Source: the human T2T-CHM13v2.0 reference genome, Homo sapiens
Direction: 5' to 3' (one strand)
Assembly (NCBI RefSeq): GCF_009914755.1
Contig: NC_060926.1
Length of the DNA stretch: 64,000 bases
Below, piece by piece: positions 41,425 to 58,695 of this stretch. A model generated the notes under the pieces. The model was given only the letters and a program-made list of their open reading frames with translations. It searched no databases and had not been told where the DNA came from. Numbering within the stretch: position 1 is the first letter of the stretch; the number at the start of each line of letters is the position of its first letter. The position numbers were made by a program, and so were the translations under genes.

Positions 41425-41960
41425 GGTGGGTATATACCCCCAAAAATTAAGAACAGGGGCTCAAAGAGATAATGTAAACCCACGTTCCTGGCAGCCTTAT
41501 TCACAATGGCCAAAAGGTGGAGCCAACCCAAGTGTCCATTGACGGATAAATGGATAAACAAAATGTGGTCTGTACATATAATGGAATATTACTCAGCCTT
41601 AAAAAGGAAGAAAATTCTGACACATGCTGCAACATGGATGAACCCTGTGGACATTACACTTTGGAAAATAAGCCAGACACGCAAGGACAAATACTGTATG
41701 ATTCCACTTATATGAGGTCCCCAGAGTAGTCAAATGTAAAGAGACAGCAATGGTGATTACCAGAAATGGGGAGGAGCAGGGAACAGGGAGTTATTGTTTA
41801 ATGGGCACAGAGTTTCAGTTTGGGAAGATAAAAAGAGTTCTAAGGAGAGGGTGGTGACGGCCGCTCAACATGTAAATGTATTAATCCTTGATGCCACTGA
41901 ACTGCACACTTGAAAATGGTTAAGATGGTACATTTTATGTTATGTGTATTCTGCCAGAGT
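41425..41960 (+). mobile_element. L1MB-type 3' end
   Basis: ORF 41506-41715 (WSQPKCP..WINKMW..MEYYSALK..ISQTRKDKYCMIPL) is the L1 ORF2p C-terminus, followed by L1MB 3'UTR. Confidence 0.92.
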
Positions 41961-41963
41961 TAA

Positions 41964-42240
41964 TTTTTTTTTTTTTTTTTTGAGACAGAGTCTCGCTCTG
42001 TCGCTAGGCTGCAGTGCAGTGGCACAATCTCGGCTCACTGCAACCTCTGACTCCCTGGTTCAAGCGATTCTCCTGCCTCAGCCTCCCGAGTAGCTGGGAT
42101 TACAGGCACGTGCCACCACGCTCAGCTAATTTTTGTATTTTTAGTAGAGATGGGGTTTCACCCTGTTGGCCAGGTTGGTCTCAATCTCCTGACCTCATGA
42201 TCCGCCCGCCTCAGCCTCCCAAAGTGCTAGGATTACAGAC
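41964..42240 (-). mobile_element. AluS (Sc-like), 5'-truncated
   Basis: Poly-T plus dimer ending at gattacag. Confidence 0.93.
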
Positions 42241-42396
42241 AATTAAAATTTTAAAAAATTAAATTAAAAAATATTTGAGGAACCTTGACCTAGATAACCC
42301 CCCGAGGAAAGGTACATTTGGAAGGAGCCTGGGTGTAGAAGACAAAGGGTGGGCCCTGGGCAATTAAACAGGAGACAGGGGAATATAGACTCCCTA

Positions 42397-42694
42397 TTTT
42401 TTTTTTTTCTAGAGAGAGTCTTGTTCTGTTGCTCTGGCTAGAGTGGCAATGGTGTGACCTCAGCTCACTGCAGCCTCTACCTCCCAGGTTCAAGCAATTC
42501 TCCTGCCTCAGCCTCCTGAGTAGCTGGGATTACAGGCGCCCGCTACCATGCCCGGCTAATTTTCTTGTATTTTTAGTAGAGATGGGGTTTCACCATGTTG
42601 GCGAGGCTGGTCTTGAACTCCTGACCTCAGGTGATCTGCCTGCCTCAGCCTCCCAAAGTGCTGGGATTACAGGGGTGAGCCACCATGCCCAGCC
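42397..42694 (-). mobile_element. AluS
   Basis: TSD agactcccta. Confidence 0.94.
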
Positions 42695-44233
42695 AGACTC
42701 CCTAATTTTATAAACTCTCTTTTACGACCTCTGGGAACCCGGACCTTCCAATGTCGTGCCAGAACACAGAAAATGGGGTTCGCAGTCTTTTTCTATGATG
42801 GTATCATTTCCAACAGACATTCCTGTGTTTTAGTGTTTTATTCTGAGAGCAAAACAAATACAACAGCAATGCCTAATCGCCCTCTCAGGTGAAACTGACC
42901 TTTCCTCCTCACCTCTTCTCCTTCAGTAACTCTCCCCAGCCCAAAGCTGACTCCTTGGTAGGCAAAGGCTGGTCAGTCTTCCTTCCTTATTCACTGAATA
43001 AGCCATGCCCCTTTGCAGGCCTCCAGTCTAATTTGTGATTCTAACTAATGAGGTGGGGTCTGAGGAACTTGAAGAGGCCCTTTCTATTTTATTTTTTATT
43101 CTTGGTTTCCAATAGTTGGAGAAACAGGATCTGGCCAACTTTCTCTAGACAAAGGCTGTATGCTAGGTTTTTCATTTTCTTAGCTGAAATGATTGTGGCA
43201 AATCACTTAAACAGATACAAAAAGGAGGTCTCTGTGGACGGACACCTCATAGACTAAAAGATCAGCCACAGTTCATCATTTTAGACATATATTGCTAGAG
43301 CCAAAATAAGTATCAGGAAGGTTTCAAGTTTCTCTGGAAAAGAAAATCTTTTGGTAACAATTCTCAAATCGACCTTGATCTCTCAACTTCCAGACACTAC
43401 TCTATGATCAGTTTGTGTAACCTTATTGTTAAATGCACTTGCATAAATGATAGATTTCTTTATATGTTTAGCACACAATTGTTCCTCTGTATTTTTTCCC
43501 TCCATATTTAATGTTTTCTAAGATAGTGCTACAATGAGCTAATTAAAAAATTTTAATGAATATTATATCAATGCAGGGACACTGACATGAACATGTTGCA
43601 CTTTGCATGTTTCTATATGACTCCAAGTTGCACATTATGTACCTGAAAGAGCCTCTGGGCATCATCCAGACCTGCTCCACCAATCTGTGGTGCTCACGTC
43701 TTCCAAGACATTTTGAAATAGAAGTCAGTGGTGGAGGTGAATTCTTCAGCCTCCTGCAGGACCTGCATCCTTCACTCTGGGGAGAGGTAAAGCCACACGC
43801 TTCTTGCTGATGGTCCTACTCTTGGAGAAGGTCCTGTCCTTGGAGAAGAGCTCACTCTGGCTGGCATCTCTGGAGTAGACCACTCAGTCTTTCTCCTCCT
43901 CAGCCCTAGCTTCATGAGATCTTTTAAAACTTTCTATTAATTTTTGTTTTTACCACCCTTAACATCTTCTTAGTTTTCCACGTTTTAGTTTTAAAAAAGA
44001 AGAGAAAAATTCTAGTAAAGCTCTGATCAGTATCAACTGCAGACACGAGGCTGTTTTATAGCTTTTATAAGTTATGAATATTGTTATAACAGGAGGAACA
44101 ATGATTTATTTAGTGCCTATTACGAAACAGGCACTTTCCATATATGAATTCCAACTAATATATTAATTTTTGAAGAAGGAACATTTCATGGGTCTGAGCT
44201 TATAACAGTTATAAGACTTATAATGCGGTCTGA

Positions 44234-44664
<431 letters not shown>

Positions 44665-45019
44665 TCAAATCTTCATTTATTCTTTAAGGCTACAGTTACT
44701 TTGTACGATTGAGGGTTATCTACAAATGTAGAAGGATATGCTCTTGGGATCTGTCTACAAGCCTGTGTAATTGACCCTTGACTTGAGAGTGGATTTTCAG
44801 TGGTGGTAAATGTGGATTGAGCAAGCACAGTGATCCTGCCAAATTGTGGCCTTCATGGAATCTTGGAAATCTTCATCTGCTCATTATTCCTAGAATTTTT
44901 CTAGTATAGGCAACAGTCTAGCAGGATGTTGACCTACTGCTTTTCAGGCATTATTTCAATTACTTGATCTTCTTGAGATGGTTATTGTCTCTAGAGAAAC
45001 AATATAAGAGCTCTGGGAT

Positions 45020-45250
45020 AGTAGCAGAATGGGACAGTGGTTAAGAGCTTGGCTTCTAGGATCTGAATCTTGGGTTCAAATCTTGGCTTTGCCACTTTAA
45101 GTTAATAAACACAGGGACATTAGTTCGCCTCTTTCTACTGGTAAAACAGGAGTATTACTGGATTGCTGTAAGGGTTAGAGAGGATAACACATGTCAAGTG
45201 CCAAGAGTTGTACCTTGTTAAGGTAAGTGTTCAAAACAGGTTAATTATTA
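45020..45250 (+). mobile_element. MIR
   Basis: gtggttaagagcttggcttctagg...tgggttcaaatcttggctttgccactt. Confidence 0.85.
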
Positions 45251-45293
45251 TCAGGTAAAAAAGCTGTCACATAACTATATATATATATATATA

Positions 45294-45590
45294 GGCTGGG
45301 TGTGGTGGCTCATGTCTGTAATCCCAGCACTTTGGGAGGCCAAGGTGGGCGGATCACTAGATCAGGAGTTCGAGACCAGCCTGGCCAACATGGTGAAACC
45401 CCATCTCTACTAAAAATACAAAAATTATCTGGGCGTTGTGGTGCTTCCCTGTAATCGCAGCTACTTTGGGGGGGCTGAGGCAGGAGAATCGTTTGAACCC
45501 AGGAGGCAGAGGCTGCAGTGAGCTGAGATCACACCACTGCACTCCAGCCTGGGTGACAGAGTGAGACTCTGTCTCAAAAAAAAAAATATA
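45294..45590 (+). mobile_element. AluS flanked by (TA)n on both sides
   Basis: Dimer with tatatatata before and after. Confidence 0.94.
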
Positions 45591-47344
45591 TATATATATC
45601 CCATCACGGCAACTCCCAATCAATCCCCAGCCTCTCACAGCAACCCCTGTTGCCTTTTTCTTGAACTTCACATAAAGCAAATTTTACAGTATACACTCTT
45701 ATGTGTCTGGCTTCTTTCATTTAACATAAGCTTCTGTGATTGATCCATGCTATAGCGTGAGCAGTTTGTTGCTATTTGATTAGAAGTATTCCATTGTATG
45801 AATATACCACAACTGTTTATTCACGAGTTGATGGACATTGGGGTTCAGTTTTGCACAGTTATGAATCAAGTAGCTACGAATATTCTTGCACGAATCTTTT
45901 TAATGAATATGTTTTTCATTTTTCTTGTACTAATGCCTACAAATGCAATGGCTAGGTCATGCAATAAATGTGTGTTCATTTATAAGAAACAAACAGTTTT
46001 CAAAAATTGTTAGGCCATTTTACACTCCTACTAGCAACGCATGAGAGTTTAAATTGCTCCATACGCTTACCATGATTTAGTGGTATTGGTATTTTTAATT
46101 TGAGCCATTCTAGTGGGTGTATACTGGTATCTCATTGTGGCTTTAATTTGTATTTCCCTAAAATAAACGTTATTAGTGAAAAGCACCTTTTCATCTGCTT
46201 ATTGGCCAATTTGTGTATCTTCTTTTGTCTGTTCAAAGCTTTTGTCCATTTAAGAAATTTATAATTTTGTCATTGAATTGTCAGAATATCTTATATATTC
46301 TAGACACAAATTATTTGTCAGATACACGTATTGCGAATATATTCTCCCGGTTCGCAGCTTGACTTTTCATTTTGATGAGCAGTTATCTTTAAATTTTGAT
46401 GAAGTCCAATCCATTAGAACTTTCTTTCATGTTGTGTGGTTTTGTGACCTCTGTAAGACATCTCTGTCTGTTCCTAGTTGTAAAGATACTGTCTTCTGTT
46501 TTCCTCTAGAAACTTTGTTGTTTTAGCGTTTATATTGAGATCTGTGCTCCCTCTCAATTGTGTGTGGTATGAGATTCATTTTTCCCCTGAGAAGTTGCTC
46601 TGGCATCATTTGTTGAAAAGACCCGGCTTTCCCCACTGGACTGCTTTGGTGTCTCTGAGGAAAATCAAATGACCATATCCATATGGATCCACTTCTAGAC
46701 TATTTTTTCTATTGATTTATTTGTCTGCCCTTATATCAGTGCCACACTGTCTTAAATTACTTTAGTTTTACAGTAAGTCTTGAAGTCAGGTACTGTAAGG
46801 CCTCTAACTTTGTTGTTCTTAAAGACTGTTTTGGCTACCTCTTTTGGTTTTCTATAAAGATTTTAGAATCTGTAAAACCATTTTCTATAAAAATGTCCTG
46901 CAGGTCTTTTGATCAAGATTGTGTTGAATCTATAGATCAGGATGAGAAAAATCGAGATGTCAACACTATCAAGTTTTCCAATTCATGAACGTCTCTCCAT
47001 TTAGTTAGGTTTTAAATTTCTCTCAAAGATGTTTTGTAATTTTCATTATACAAGTCTTACACTTCTTTGGCTACATTTATTCAGTTTTTATGTTTTTTAT
47101 GTCAGTTTAAATGGAATTGCTTTTTAAATCTCATTTTCCAATTGTTTATTGTTGATAAATGGAAACACAATAGATTTTTGGTTATTGACCTTTATAAGTT
47201 TACTTACTGATTCTAGTAGTTGTTTAGTAGTAGTCCTTAGATTCTTAGGACTTTGTCCATAAACAGTAATTATTTTCAATCTTTATGTCTACTACTTCCT
47301 TTCCTTGCCTTATTGCCTGACCAAAACCTCCAGGACAATGTTGA

Positions 47345-47742
<398 letters not shown>

Positions 47743-48460
47743 TTTTTTTTTTTTTTTTTTTTCCTGATGGCCATCATTAGAATAAATAAGTTTCCTTCTA
47801 GTCCTAGTTGGCTGGGAGTGTTTTTTTTTTCTTTTTAAATCATGAATGGATGCTCCATTTTGCCAGAAGCTTTTTCTGCATCTATTTAGATGACCATGTG
47901 GTTTTTCTTCCTTATTCTATTCATATAGTGGAATACATTAAGTGATTTTCTAATGGTAAACCAACCATGCACTCCTGTGATAAATCCTGCCTAGTCATAG
48001 TGAATTACATTATTTTCATGCGTCACTGAATCAGATATGCTAATATGTTGTGAATAATTTTTGCATCAGTGTTTGTGCAAACATTGATGGGATATTGTAT
48101 GATATTTTTCTTTTCTTATCAAGTTTATGTCAGGTTTTGGTATCAGGGTTGTACTGACCTTATACAATAAATTGGGTAGTTTTCCTTCTCCCTTTATTTT
48201 CTGAAAGTTTGTATAAGAGTGTTAGTTCATTTGTTGGTGTTCCATTGATATAAATATATCTTAAAGTTTTCATAGAATTTACCAGTGACCTTTTGAGTAT
48301 TATAAAATGTCCTTTTTTGCCTCTTATACTCTTTGTCTTGAAGTCTATGTGGTAGCATTAATATGGTCACGAATCAGCTTTCTTATGCTTATTATTTACA
48401 TAGTTTATCTTTTCTGTCTTCTGGCTTCAACCTACTTGTGTTTTATTTAAAGTACGTATT

Positions 48461-48827
<367 letters not shown>

Positions 48828-48850
48828 TTAATTGGAGTTTTTTCAGTCCA

Positions 48851-49307
48851 TGCTATAGTTTGGATATGGTTTGTCTGTCTCCATCAAATCTCATGTTGGA
48901 ATTTGATCCCCAGTGTGGTGGTATTGGGAGCTGGGGCCCAGAGGGTGGTGTCTGGGTCATGGGCATGGATGCCTCATAAACAGATTAATGTCCTCCCTGA
49001 AGGTGAGTGAGTTCTCACTCTTGAGATAATAAATTAGCTCTAGAGGAGATGAAAGAGTTCCTGGAAGAGTAGGTTGTTATAAAGCCAGACCATCTCTTAG
49101 GTTTCCCTCTTCGCACCTGCCCATTTCCCCTTTGCCCTTCTCTATCATGTTTTGATGCAGCATAGAAGTCCTCACCAGAAGCCAAGCAGATGCTGATGCC
49201 CTGCTTCCCATACAGCCTGCAGAACCGCGAGCTAAGGATGCCTCTTTTCTTCATAAACCACCCAGGATCAGGTATTCTGTAATAGCAACACTAAATGGAC
49301 TATGACA
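48851..49307 (+). mobile_element. MaLR solo LTR (MSTB-like)
   Basis: tgctatagtttggata...aatggactatgaca with perfect 5-bp TSD gtcca. Confidence 0.92.
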
Positions 49308-49940
49308 GTCCATTTGTATTTAATGCAGTTACTAATATGACTGGGTTCAGGTTTACTATTTTTCAATTTGTTTTCTATTGATACCTTCTGTTTTTCATTT
49401 CTGGTCTTTCCTTCCCGCCATCTTTTATGTTAATCCATTTTTTAGTATTTTATTTTAATTCCTACAATGACTTCTTAGCTCCGCTGCTTTTGGATATTTG
49501 TTTTTAGTGGTTTCTCTGGGTATTATACCACACATCTTTATCTTATCCCCAGTCTATTTAGATTTAATGTCATATCACTTCACATAAAATGTAAAAACTT
49601 TGCAGTTGTGTAGAATTCCACTTGCCTTCCCTTATTGTTTGTGCTATTTTGTTATATATTTTACATCTGCATACATCACAAATCCCACAAAATAATATTT
49701 TGATTCTTACATTAATTAAAAAAAGATTTACCCATATATTTATTATTTCCTATAAATATTTTCTTCTTGTAGGTTTGAGCTTCCATCTCATATTATTACC
49801 CTGTGGCCTGACAAATTTTCTTTGTCAATTTATTGTAGTGTAGGCCTACTGGAAATGAATTCTCTCATATTTTGTACATCCCAACATGTCTTTATTTTAC
49901 TGTCAATTCTGAAGGATATTTTTGATTATTTAGAATTCTG

Positions 49941-50342
<402 letters not shown>

Positions 50343-52393
50343 TTAATTGTATCTGTGTTCCCCTGTGTATAAGATATTATTTTTCTCTGGCTGTCTTAAA
50401 GATTTTCTTTTTCTGTTTAGTTTCCCATAATGTTCCACGGTGTAGTTTTATTTGTGTTTATCTTGCTTGCAGCTTGCTGAGCTTCTTGAATCTATAAATT
50501 AATGTTTTCATCCAATTTGGGAAGTTTTCAGCTATTATTCCTTCAGATATTTTTTCAGGTCTATTTTGTCTCTCCTCTCCTCCTGGCATCACAATGCATG
50601 TATATCAGACTACTTGATATTATCCTACAATTCAATGAGGCTCTGTTGATTGTTTTTTAATCTTTATTCTGTTTTTCACATTGAACAATTCTTACTCATA
50701 TGAGTTTAAGTTTACTGATTATTTTTTCATTTCTATGCTTCATTTATTTCAAATGTTACATTTTTCAGTTCCAGAGTTTTCATTTGGTTATTCTTATTGG
50801 TTTCCATTATCCTGCTGAGATTCTCCTTCTTTTCAGTCATGATGACTATGTTTTCCTTTACATCCTTGGACATATTATAGTAGTTGCTTTATAATTCTTG
50901 TCTGAAAATTCTAATATCTAGGTCACCTCAAGATCTATTACAGTGGCTATTTTTTCTCTTGATTATGGGTCACATTTTCCCACTCATATGTCTTTTAAGT
51001 TTTGGTTAGATAATGAACACTGTAAATTTTGTTTTAGAGATTCCAAACTCTCTTCTTTTAAACAATGTTGATTGTTTTTTGTTCTATCAGGCAATAAAAT
51101 CTCTAGCTGATTAGCTTGAGCTTTTGGGTACTTAGTGTTATACTTTGTTAGGAAGGATCTGTTTCGGTTTTGCCCTTAATGTTACGGTGACTCCTTTACA
51201 CTGAAAGCACACACCCCTTCTGGGGTTTCAATAGAAAATCTGAGGCATTTACCAAGCCCCTCTAACTTGGGTGGGATTCAGATTCTGAACTTTGTAGGCA
51301 GTAGCTGTAGGCAGTAGGCAGCAGCTGAAAAGAGTCTCTGCTCAGCATTTTTGGCTTTCTAGTTATTGTTTTCCACTACGCTCATTGGCATATTCCCCAC
51401 ACATATGCAGTTTAGGGGTTATTCAAGGATTGATGGAAATTTATATACAGAATGGAGGGCTCTCTTCTTTATGGCTCTTTTCTTTCTGTGACTTACTCAA
51501 TTCCCAGCCACTCTGGCAGCCCTAAACTCTATCCCCTGACACCTCAAGCCATTACAGCTGTGGCTTTCTCCTTGAGTTCTAATTGTTCTTTGTGGACTGG
51601 GGCATGCCTTCATGGGAGAAGCTATATAAACATAGTTCTCACTCTTTCAAGGATCAAATGACCCTCTTTCAAGGATCAAATTTCCTACATTCTCTGCCTT
51701 CTTTTAGTTAGACTATGAATAGTTTTTTTAACAAAAGTATTTTGTCCAGAGTTTGTAACAGCTATCTGCAGGAGAGTTAGTCTAAGATAGGTTCTTCCAT
51801 CATTAATATAACTGGAAGTCTGTCACAGACATTTTAATTTGTGCTTTTGTGTGTGCACGCATGTTAAGATTAAATCGCTCCTTTCATTGCCCTGAATGCT
51901 CATAGGATCACTAAATAATATATATTGAAGGATTACTCGGGTGTTGTCCAGACTGTGTCATACTGCCAAGCATTGACCATCTGAAACCAATCATGATCGA
52001 TCTCCCGTTTTTAAAGGAGGCCATGAAGAAAGATGCTTCCTTAGGAAATAAGCTCTTCTGTTTGGAGACTCCCAACCTTGTATTACAATTTAAGTCCATA
52101 TAATGGCTTTAATGACTCAGGGTCATAGAGTTATACAGACAGAGGGATGTATAGGCCTTACTGAAGCCACACTGGTTCCACCACACCATGAATATGAGAG
52201 AGGCATCTTTCCCAGTGCCCCATGCTTGCTAGCCCTGTTTTCTTCGCTCTGCTCCACTCCTGCAGCTGCCATGGAGCCTATTATGTTTCATGTTTTACTT
52301 AGGCTGTCTCCCCTTTTCCCATTTTCAGAAATCTGTGTACCCCTGGTTCTGTTTACCTGACTTCTGAATCACTCTGATTACTCTGCCCCTTAA

Positions 52394-52805
52394 TGTTACA
52401 GGCCAAACTACTTCTTCCCAAAATTTATATGTTGAAATCCTAACTTCCAGTGCCTCAGAATGTGACTTTATTTAGTGACAGGGTCTTTACAGAGGTAATC
52501 AAGTTAAAATGACGTCATTAGGGTGGGCCCTAATCCAATATGACTGCTGACTATATAAACAGACACAGAGATAGACATGCACAGAGAGACGATGACGTGA
52601 GGACACGTTGGGAGGAGACGGTCACCTACAAGCGAAGGAGAGAGGCCGGGGATAACTCCTCTCTTTACATCTCCCAGAAGCAACCAACCCTGCTGACACC
52701 CTGACTGGGACTTCCAGCCTCCAGAACCATGAGAAAATAAATTTCTGTTACTTTCGCCACCTACTTGCTGGTACTTTGCTCTGGCAGCCCTACCAGATCA
52801 GTATG
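52394..52805 (+). mobile_element. MaLR solo LTR (MLT1B-like)
   Basis: gggtctttacagaggtaatcaagttaaaatga..cattagggtgggccctaatccaatatgactg, AATAAA. Confidence 0.9.
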
Positions 52806-52854
52806 CTTGCCACTTAACAAATCCTCTGCTCCCAATTTTCCTACTTGATTGTGA

Positions 52855-53485
<631 letters not shown>

Positions 53486-53675
53486 TGAGCGGTTTCAAGT
53501 TCAGAATTCTCCATTCATAGGAGAGATGCTTGCAACCTGTTATTTCTAGTTTAAGAGGCAGGTGCCTAAGAAACCGTTTTGCTCAAAGAGGCAGGAATAT
53601 GGGGTGATGCTTCAAGCTCCCATTGTTTTTATATTTCCAGAGGGTTTAAAAGTAATTCCTCAGACAACTTACCTA

Positions 53676-53987
<312 letters not shown>

Positions 53988-54055
53988 CTATTTTCATAGA
54001 TGTTATAAGAAATAAGGTACAGAGTAAAGCAAACCAGTGCTTTTAGGCAATAAAC

Positions 54056-54337
54056 TTTTTATTTTTTTATTTATTATTTTTGAGACAGTCTTACTTTGTC
54101 ACCCAGGCTGGAGCACAGTGGCATGATCCTGGGTTTAAGCTATTCTTGTGCCTCAGCCTCCCGTGTAGCTGGGATTACAGGTGTCTGCCACCACACCCAG
54201 CTAATTTTTGTATTTTTAGTAGAGACGAGGTTTTGCCATTTTGGCCAGGCTGGTCTCAAATTCCTGGTCTCAAGTGATCTGCCTGCCTCGGCCTCCCAAA
54301 GTGTTGGGATTACAAGCGTGAGCCACTGAGCCTGGCT
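54056..54337 (-). mobile_element. AluS with right-arm deletion
   Basis: Dimer lacking the ctcactgcaacctc segment. Confidence 0.92.
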
Positions 54338-55784
54338 GGGAACGGACATTTTAGAAATACGTAAGGGAAGGAGAACTTTAGAAGCACATCCAACTGCCTT
54401 AACCAAATGGGTGCCTACTGAATGTGATTTTTAACTATGTAAAATTAAATGTAGGATGCTAGTCACTTTCCAACATACTTTGTATATTCTTTGTCAGTCT
54501 TTAAAATAATTTCATTATTGAGAATTTGAAAAAATTGTTTCTACAATTAAAACTTTTATAAAATAATTTATTAAAAAATACAACTTCCCCCAAATAGCTT
54601 ACATTCTGGTTGCATGAATTTTTATGCAGTTTCTACTGTTACTCAAAAGAACTGAATTTTCAATGATTCTACCCTTTTCAGTTCTCTAGAATGCCTCCAG
54701 ATGGCATTAAAAGCCTTTCCCATTATATTTTACAACACAAAAAAATTAAAAATTAGTAACATTTTAACCATTTAAGACCAGTCACATTCATTATAACATC
54801 TGAAAGCAGGACAATGGAACTATTTAAACTTTTAGGGAAGTATCTTAAGAAAGACAAACATATAATCATATCTCTTATGAAATACACAGCTCTCCTATTC
54901 AAGCCAAAGGATCTTTCTAGACAAAGAAACAGATTTTGGACAAAATAAGACACTCAGTATTTTACCACAAACTGATTTCCAATCAACAGCACTTAAAAAA
55001 TGCTGTTTTTTAAAATCCTGATCCCCATACAGATAAATTCACAAAGCCTATCTTATAATAAGAAAACACATGCCACTGCTCATAAGTGATAAAAATAAAG
55101 ATTTTTAAGGAGCAAACCTGTTATTGACTCTTATGGAACTAAAATAAAGTCACTTGTTAGCTCATGAATTTTTTAATTTAAATGTTGGTATATCAATTTG
55201 GCATCAAATTAATCAGTAAAAATATATTTGGATTCCTTGAATATTGAGAAGAAACAGACAAAACATAGAGTGAGGAGCACATGTTTTATAAGGGCCTTTT
55301 CTTATGTTTTTAAAACTGCTTTTGTTAATTCAAAAAAGAAACTCTTGAGATTCCAGAGATATCGATAATTGTGCTTTTCACATAATTCCAAGGTGAGGTT
55401 GCAGATGGCAAGCTTCTGAAATGACCTTGTTACTGCACAGCTGTGTGGGACAGCATACCTCCCAGTTTAAGTGTGAAAAGTTCTGCAATTCTTAAGATGA
55501 TGCTGAAAGTCTCCAACCAAATCCCCCCAGCATACATGCTCAAATCTCATTACATTTCTACTTCATAAAGAGAAGCATTTGCATTTTTCAAGATTCCTCT
55601 TACTCTGCTAAAGCATAAAAAATGCATCTGCACCCAAAGCATTTAGAAAGACATTATCATGAGAAAAGAGAACCATGGGCTTCCTTCCATCATCATTATT
55701 ACTATTACAAGATACTTGCACTATCTCATTTTATGAGGCATATTTAAGAACAGGCATCTCTGATAGAAAATGAAAGAAACTTAC

Positions 55785-55836
55785 GATGTATTCGATGTGC
55801 CATTGTCTGGACTCTCTGGCTCTGCATCACCTTTCT
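55785..55836 (-). CDS. AFF3: AFF3 internal coding exon (52 nt), encodes (K)KGDAEPESPDNGTSNT(S)
   Basis: Minus strand reads ttttttctgcttcctttttaag|AGAAAGGTGATGCAGAG...AATACATC|gtaagtt. Begins phase 1, ends phase 2, joins in frame to exon 1277-1226. Peptide matches my recollection of human AFF3. Confidence 0.96.
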
Positions 55837-56221
55837 CTTAAAAAGGAAGCAGAAAAAAATACCGACATATGAGTCTTACAGTCTTTAAGATTTAAGAGAG
55901 ATTAAATATATTTCCATGCTCCTATTAACAATCTTTCAAAATGTGTAGCAGGAGGCTTTTAAAACATCTTTTATTGTCTGAGAACCGGATTTGCAAAATA
56001 ATTTCTTTTCTGCAATGCAACTGCCCAGGCACAAATCTGTGAGTAGGTACTGAGGAGCTATTTGCAAACAACCAGAGGCTTGGAGTGGAGACTTTGCCAG
56101 AAGATGAATATCTTACAGATGGAACCTGTTTCCTTCCACTTCACTTTACAGAAAATTTCAGGAAATAAATCCATTGGCATTCTATATCCAAGGCACTTTG
56201 AACTTTGATTGCTTCTGCTAA

Positions 56222-56587
<366 letters not shown>

Positions 56588-58695
56588 TGAACACTGAGGT
56601 TGCACTGTAGGTCCCAAGATCCCCCTATTTTATACCCCATAGAGAGCCCTGGTGGCAGGTTTTGGGGCCCCTAGCTTAAAGCAGAATGAGATGTAAACCA
56701 GAAATCCTTTCTGACCATCTGAAAGGCTAGTTAAGGAAATGCTTCTGTGGGCTGTGATCACTGAGGAATTAACGAGTTGTACGTAGTTGGGGGAGCTTGG
56801 AACCAGTTCACTTCTTGTAGTTTACAGTAGGCTTAATGTAATTCCTAATCCTTAATCAATTGGTGGTTTGAACCATGCATCCTCATTCTGTAAGGAGTTT
56901 CTTTGTATTTCCTTGAGGCTTGGAGATGGAAGAAGTCACTGATAACTGAGAGCGTGGGCTCGTGTGTTTCCTGATGGTTGTGCAGAGCCAATACACCCCA
57001 GAGAAGGCTGTGAGTTGCAAGAAATAGGACTGTGGTAGTAACTTGGTTTGCTATGCTCTTTCAAGTCAGGCCTGGAGATCTCTAGAATCCCTTGGTCTAC
57101 TGCTCAGGTCCTTGGGCCCACACATTGTACCATACCCCTTTTGTCAGCTGTCAACATTAGCTTGTCGTCACCTAGTCCCAGGAATGACTCCCTAAATTAC
57201 ATAATGAACATATCCCAAAGGTATTGCCCAAACTGAACTCAAAAGCAAACTTTATATGTCCTTCTCTTTTTCTTATAGGAATAAACAGTTGTGAGAAAAA
57301 GAAGACACAGTTTCTACAGTTCGTACATCTATCTCAGACATTTATCCAGTGCCAGAACAGCTATGAGGGACTTTGGCTAAAAGCTGGTCAGATGAGGGGG
57401 AAAAACAAAAAAGCCACAAAATCTATTTTAACTGCCTTGATAACAAACATTGATTAGGCAGGGCCTCAATACATATAAAACCATGTTGGAATAAAGGCTA
57501 AAGTAGCAAATTAATAAATTTGCTTTAAAGCTCATTCTTGTATATTTTCTTTTGTCTTCCAGGCAAGGTCTGTGGTGCACTCATTTAGGAGGCAAATAAG
57601 GCCTGTTCAACTGGTTTCAGTGCTGGAAAATAATTTAGTACTTTGCAGAAACATTTTTTCCATGGACTAACCACAATCCCTCTTGTAATCCTAAAATAGA
57701 GAGTTATAACACCTGCATTATATAAGACAAAACTAAATGGAAGTATATTTTTTTTCTCAAATATATGGATCCTTTCCCCCAACCTGCTTTAATTTGGTGA
57801 AACTGGTTACTTTCCCCAGTCTCTAGCCTGCAGTAGTTACCACATTCCATCTTAATGAAGAATGTAAAACAGCAGGCTTGGAAGCAGCAGGCAATGGTAA
57901 AATTCCCAAACAATTTATGTCAGAAAACAGGAAATTGAAAATAAAAACGAAGGCATTGTTTGGATGTTTGAAGAAATATGTTTTGCCTTGACCAATCATG
58001 CTGCCCAAGTCTTCAGCATGGGGACAGATGCGCAGCTGATTATCTTTGCTCTTAGCAGCACTTATGTTGTGGCAACAGGGCAAACAGAATAGGTTCTGGC
58101 AAATAGGAAGGATATAGTGGGGCCAAACAGGACATGGTGAACAGTCTGAGAGGGAGTGTTCTCAGCAAATTCAGTGCTGATAATGAATTTGCCTTTCTGG
58201 GGGGAAAAGTAAGCTGGTCAGGAACGAGATGGGATTAAAACTATTTTTGTCCTTCAGAAAGAATAAAACACAAAGCTTCCCCCACATCTTGAAATTTTAG
58301 GTGATGAAATTTCTGAAGTTAACTTGAAATGTTTAAGTGTATACACCACTGAGAATTATGGTCTCTTTATTAGGACCCAAGGGAAAATGATGAATGTAAT
58401 GGAACATTCTAGAACATTAGTACAAATTTTTTTTTTTTTAGTTGGGTGCGCAGGAGATGTTTCCCACCCCGCCCCCTGCCCGCCCCACCATCCAAAGACA
58501 GCTGTCTCCAGGGTCCTCCTGTTTGTGTCAGCTGTTTTCATGATGGATATTTCATGATGGACCAATGTTTCACACTGGTCTCTTTGGGAGGGAATCTGCA
58601 TTGGTCATTAATAAGCTGGGTGCAGGGAAGCCATTTTACATGCGGAAATACAATTACAGAGAGGAAGAGGGGAAAAAATGAGCCACGGAAAGAAC

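Noticed and set aside
51641-51681. Short tandem duplications (ctctttcaaggatcaaat x2; also ~5248-5279, ~1292-1312, ~3913-3932)
   Set aside because: Ordinary slippage duplications. They are not CRISPR-like, having only two units and no spacers.
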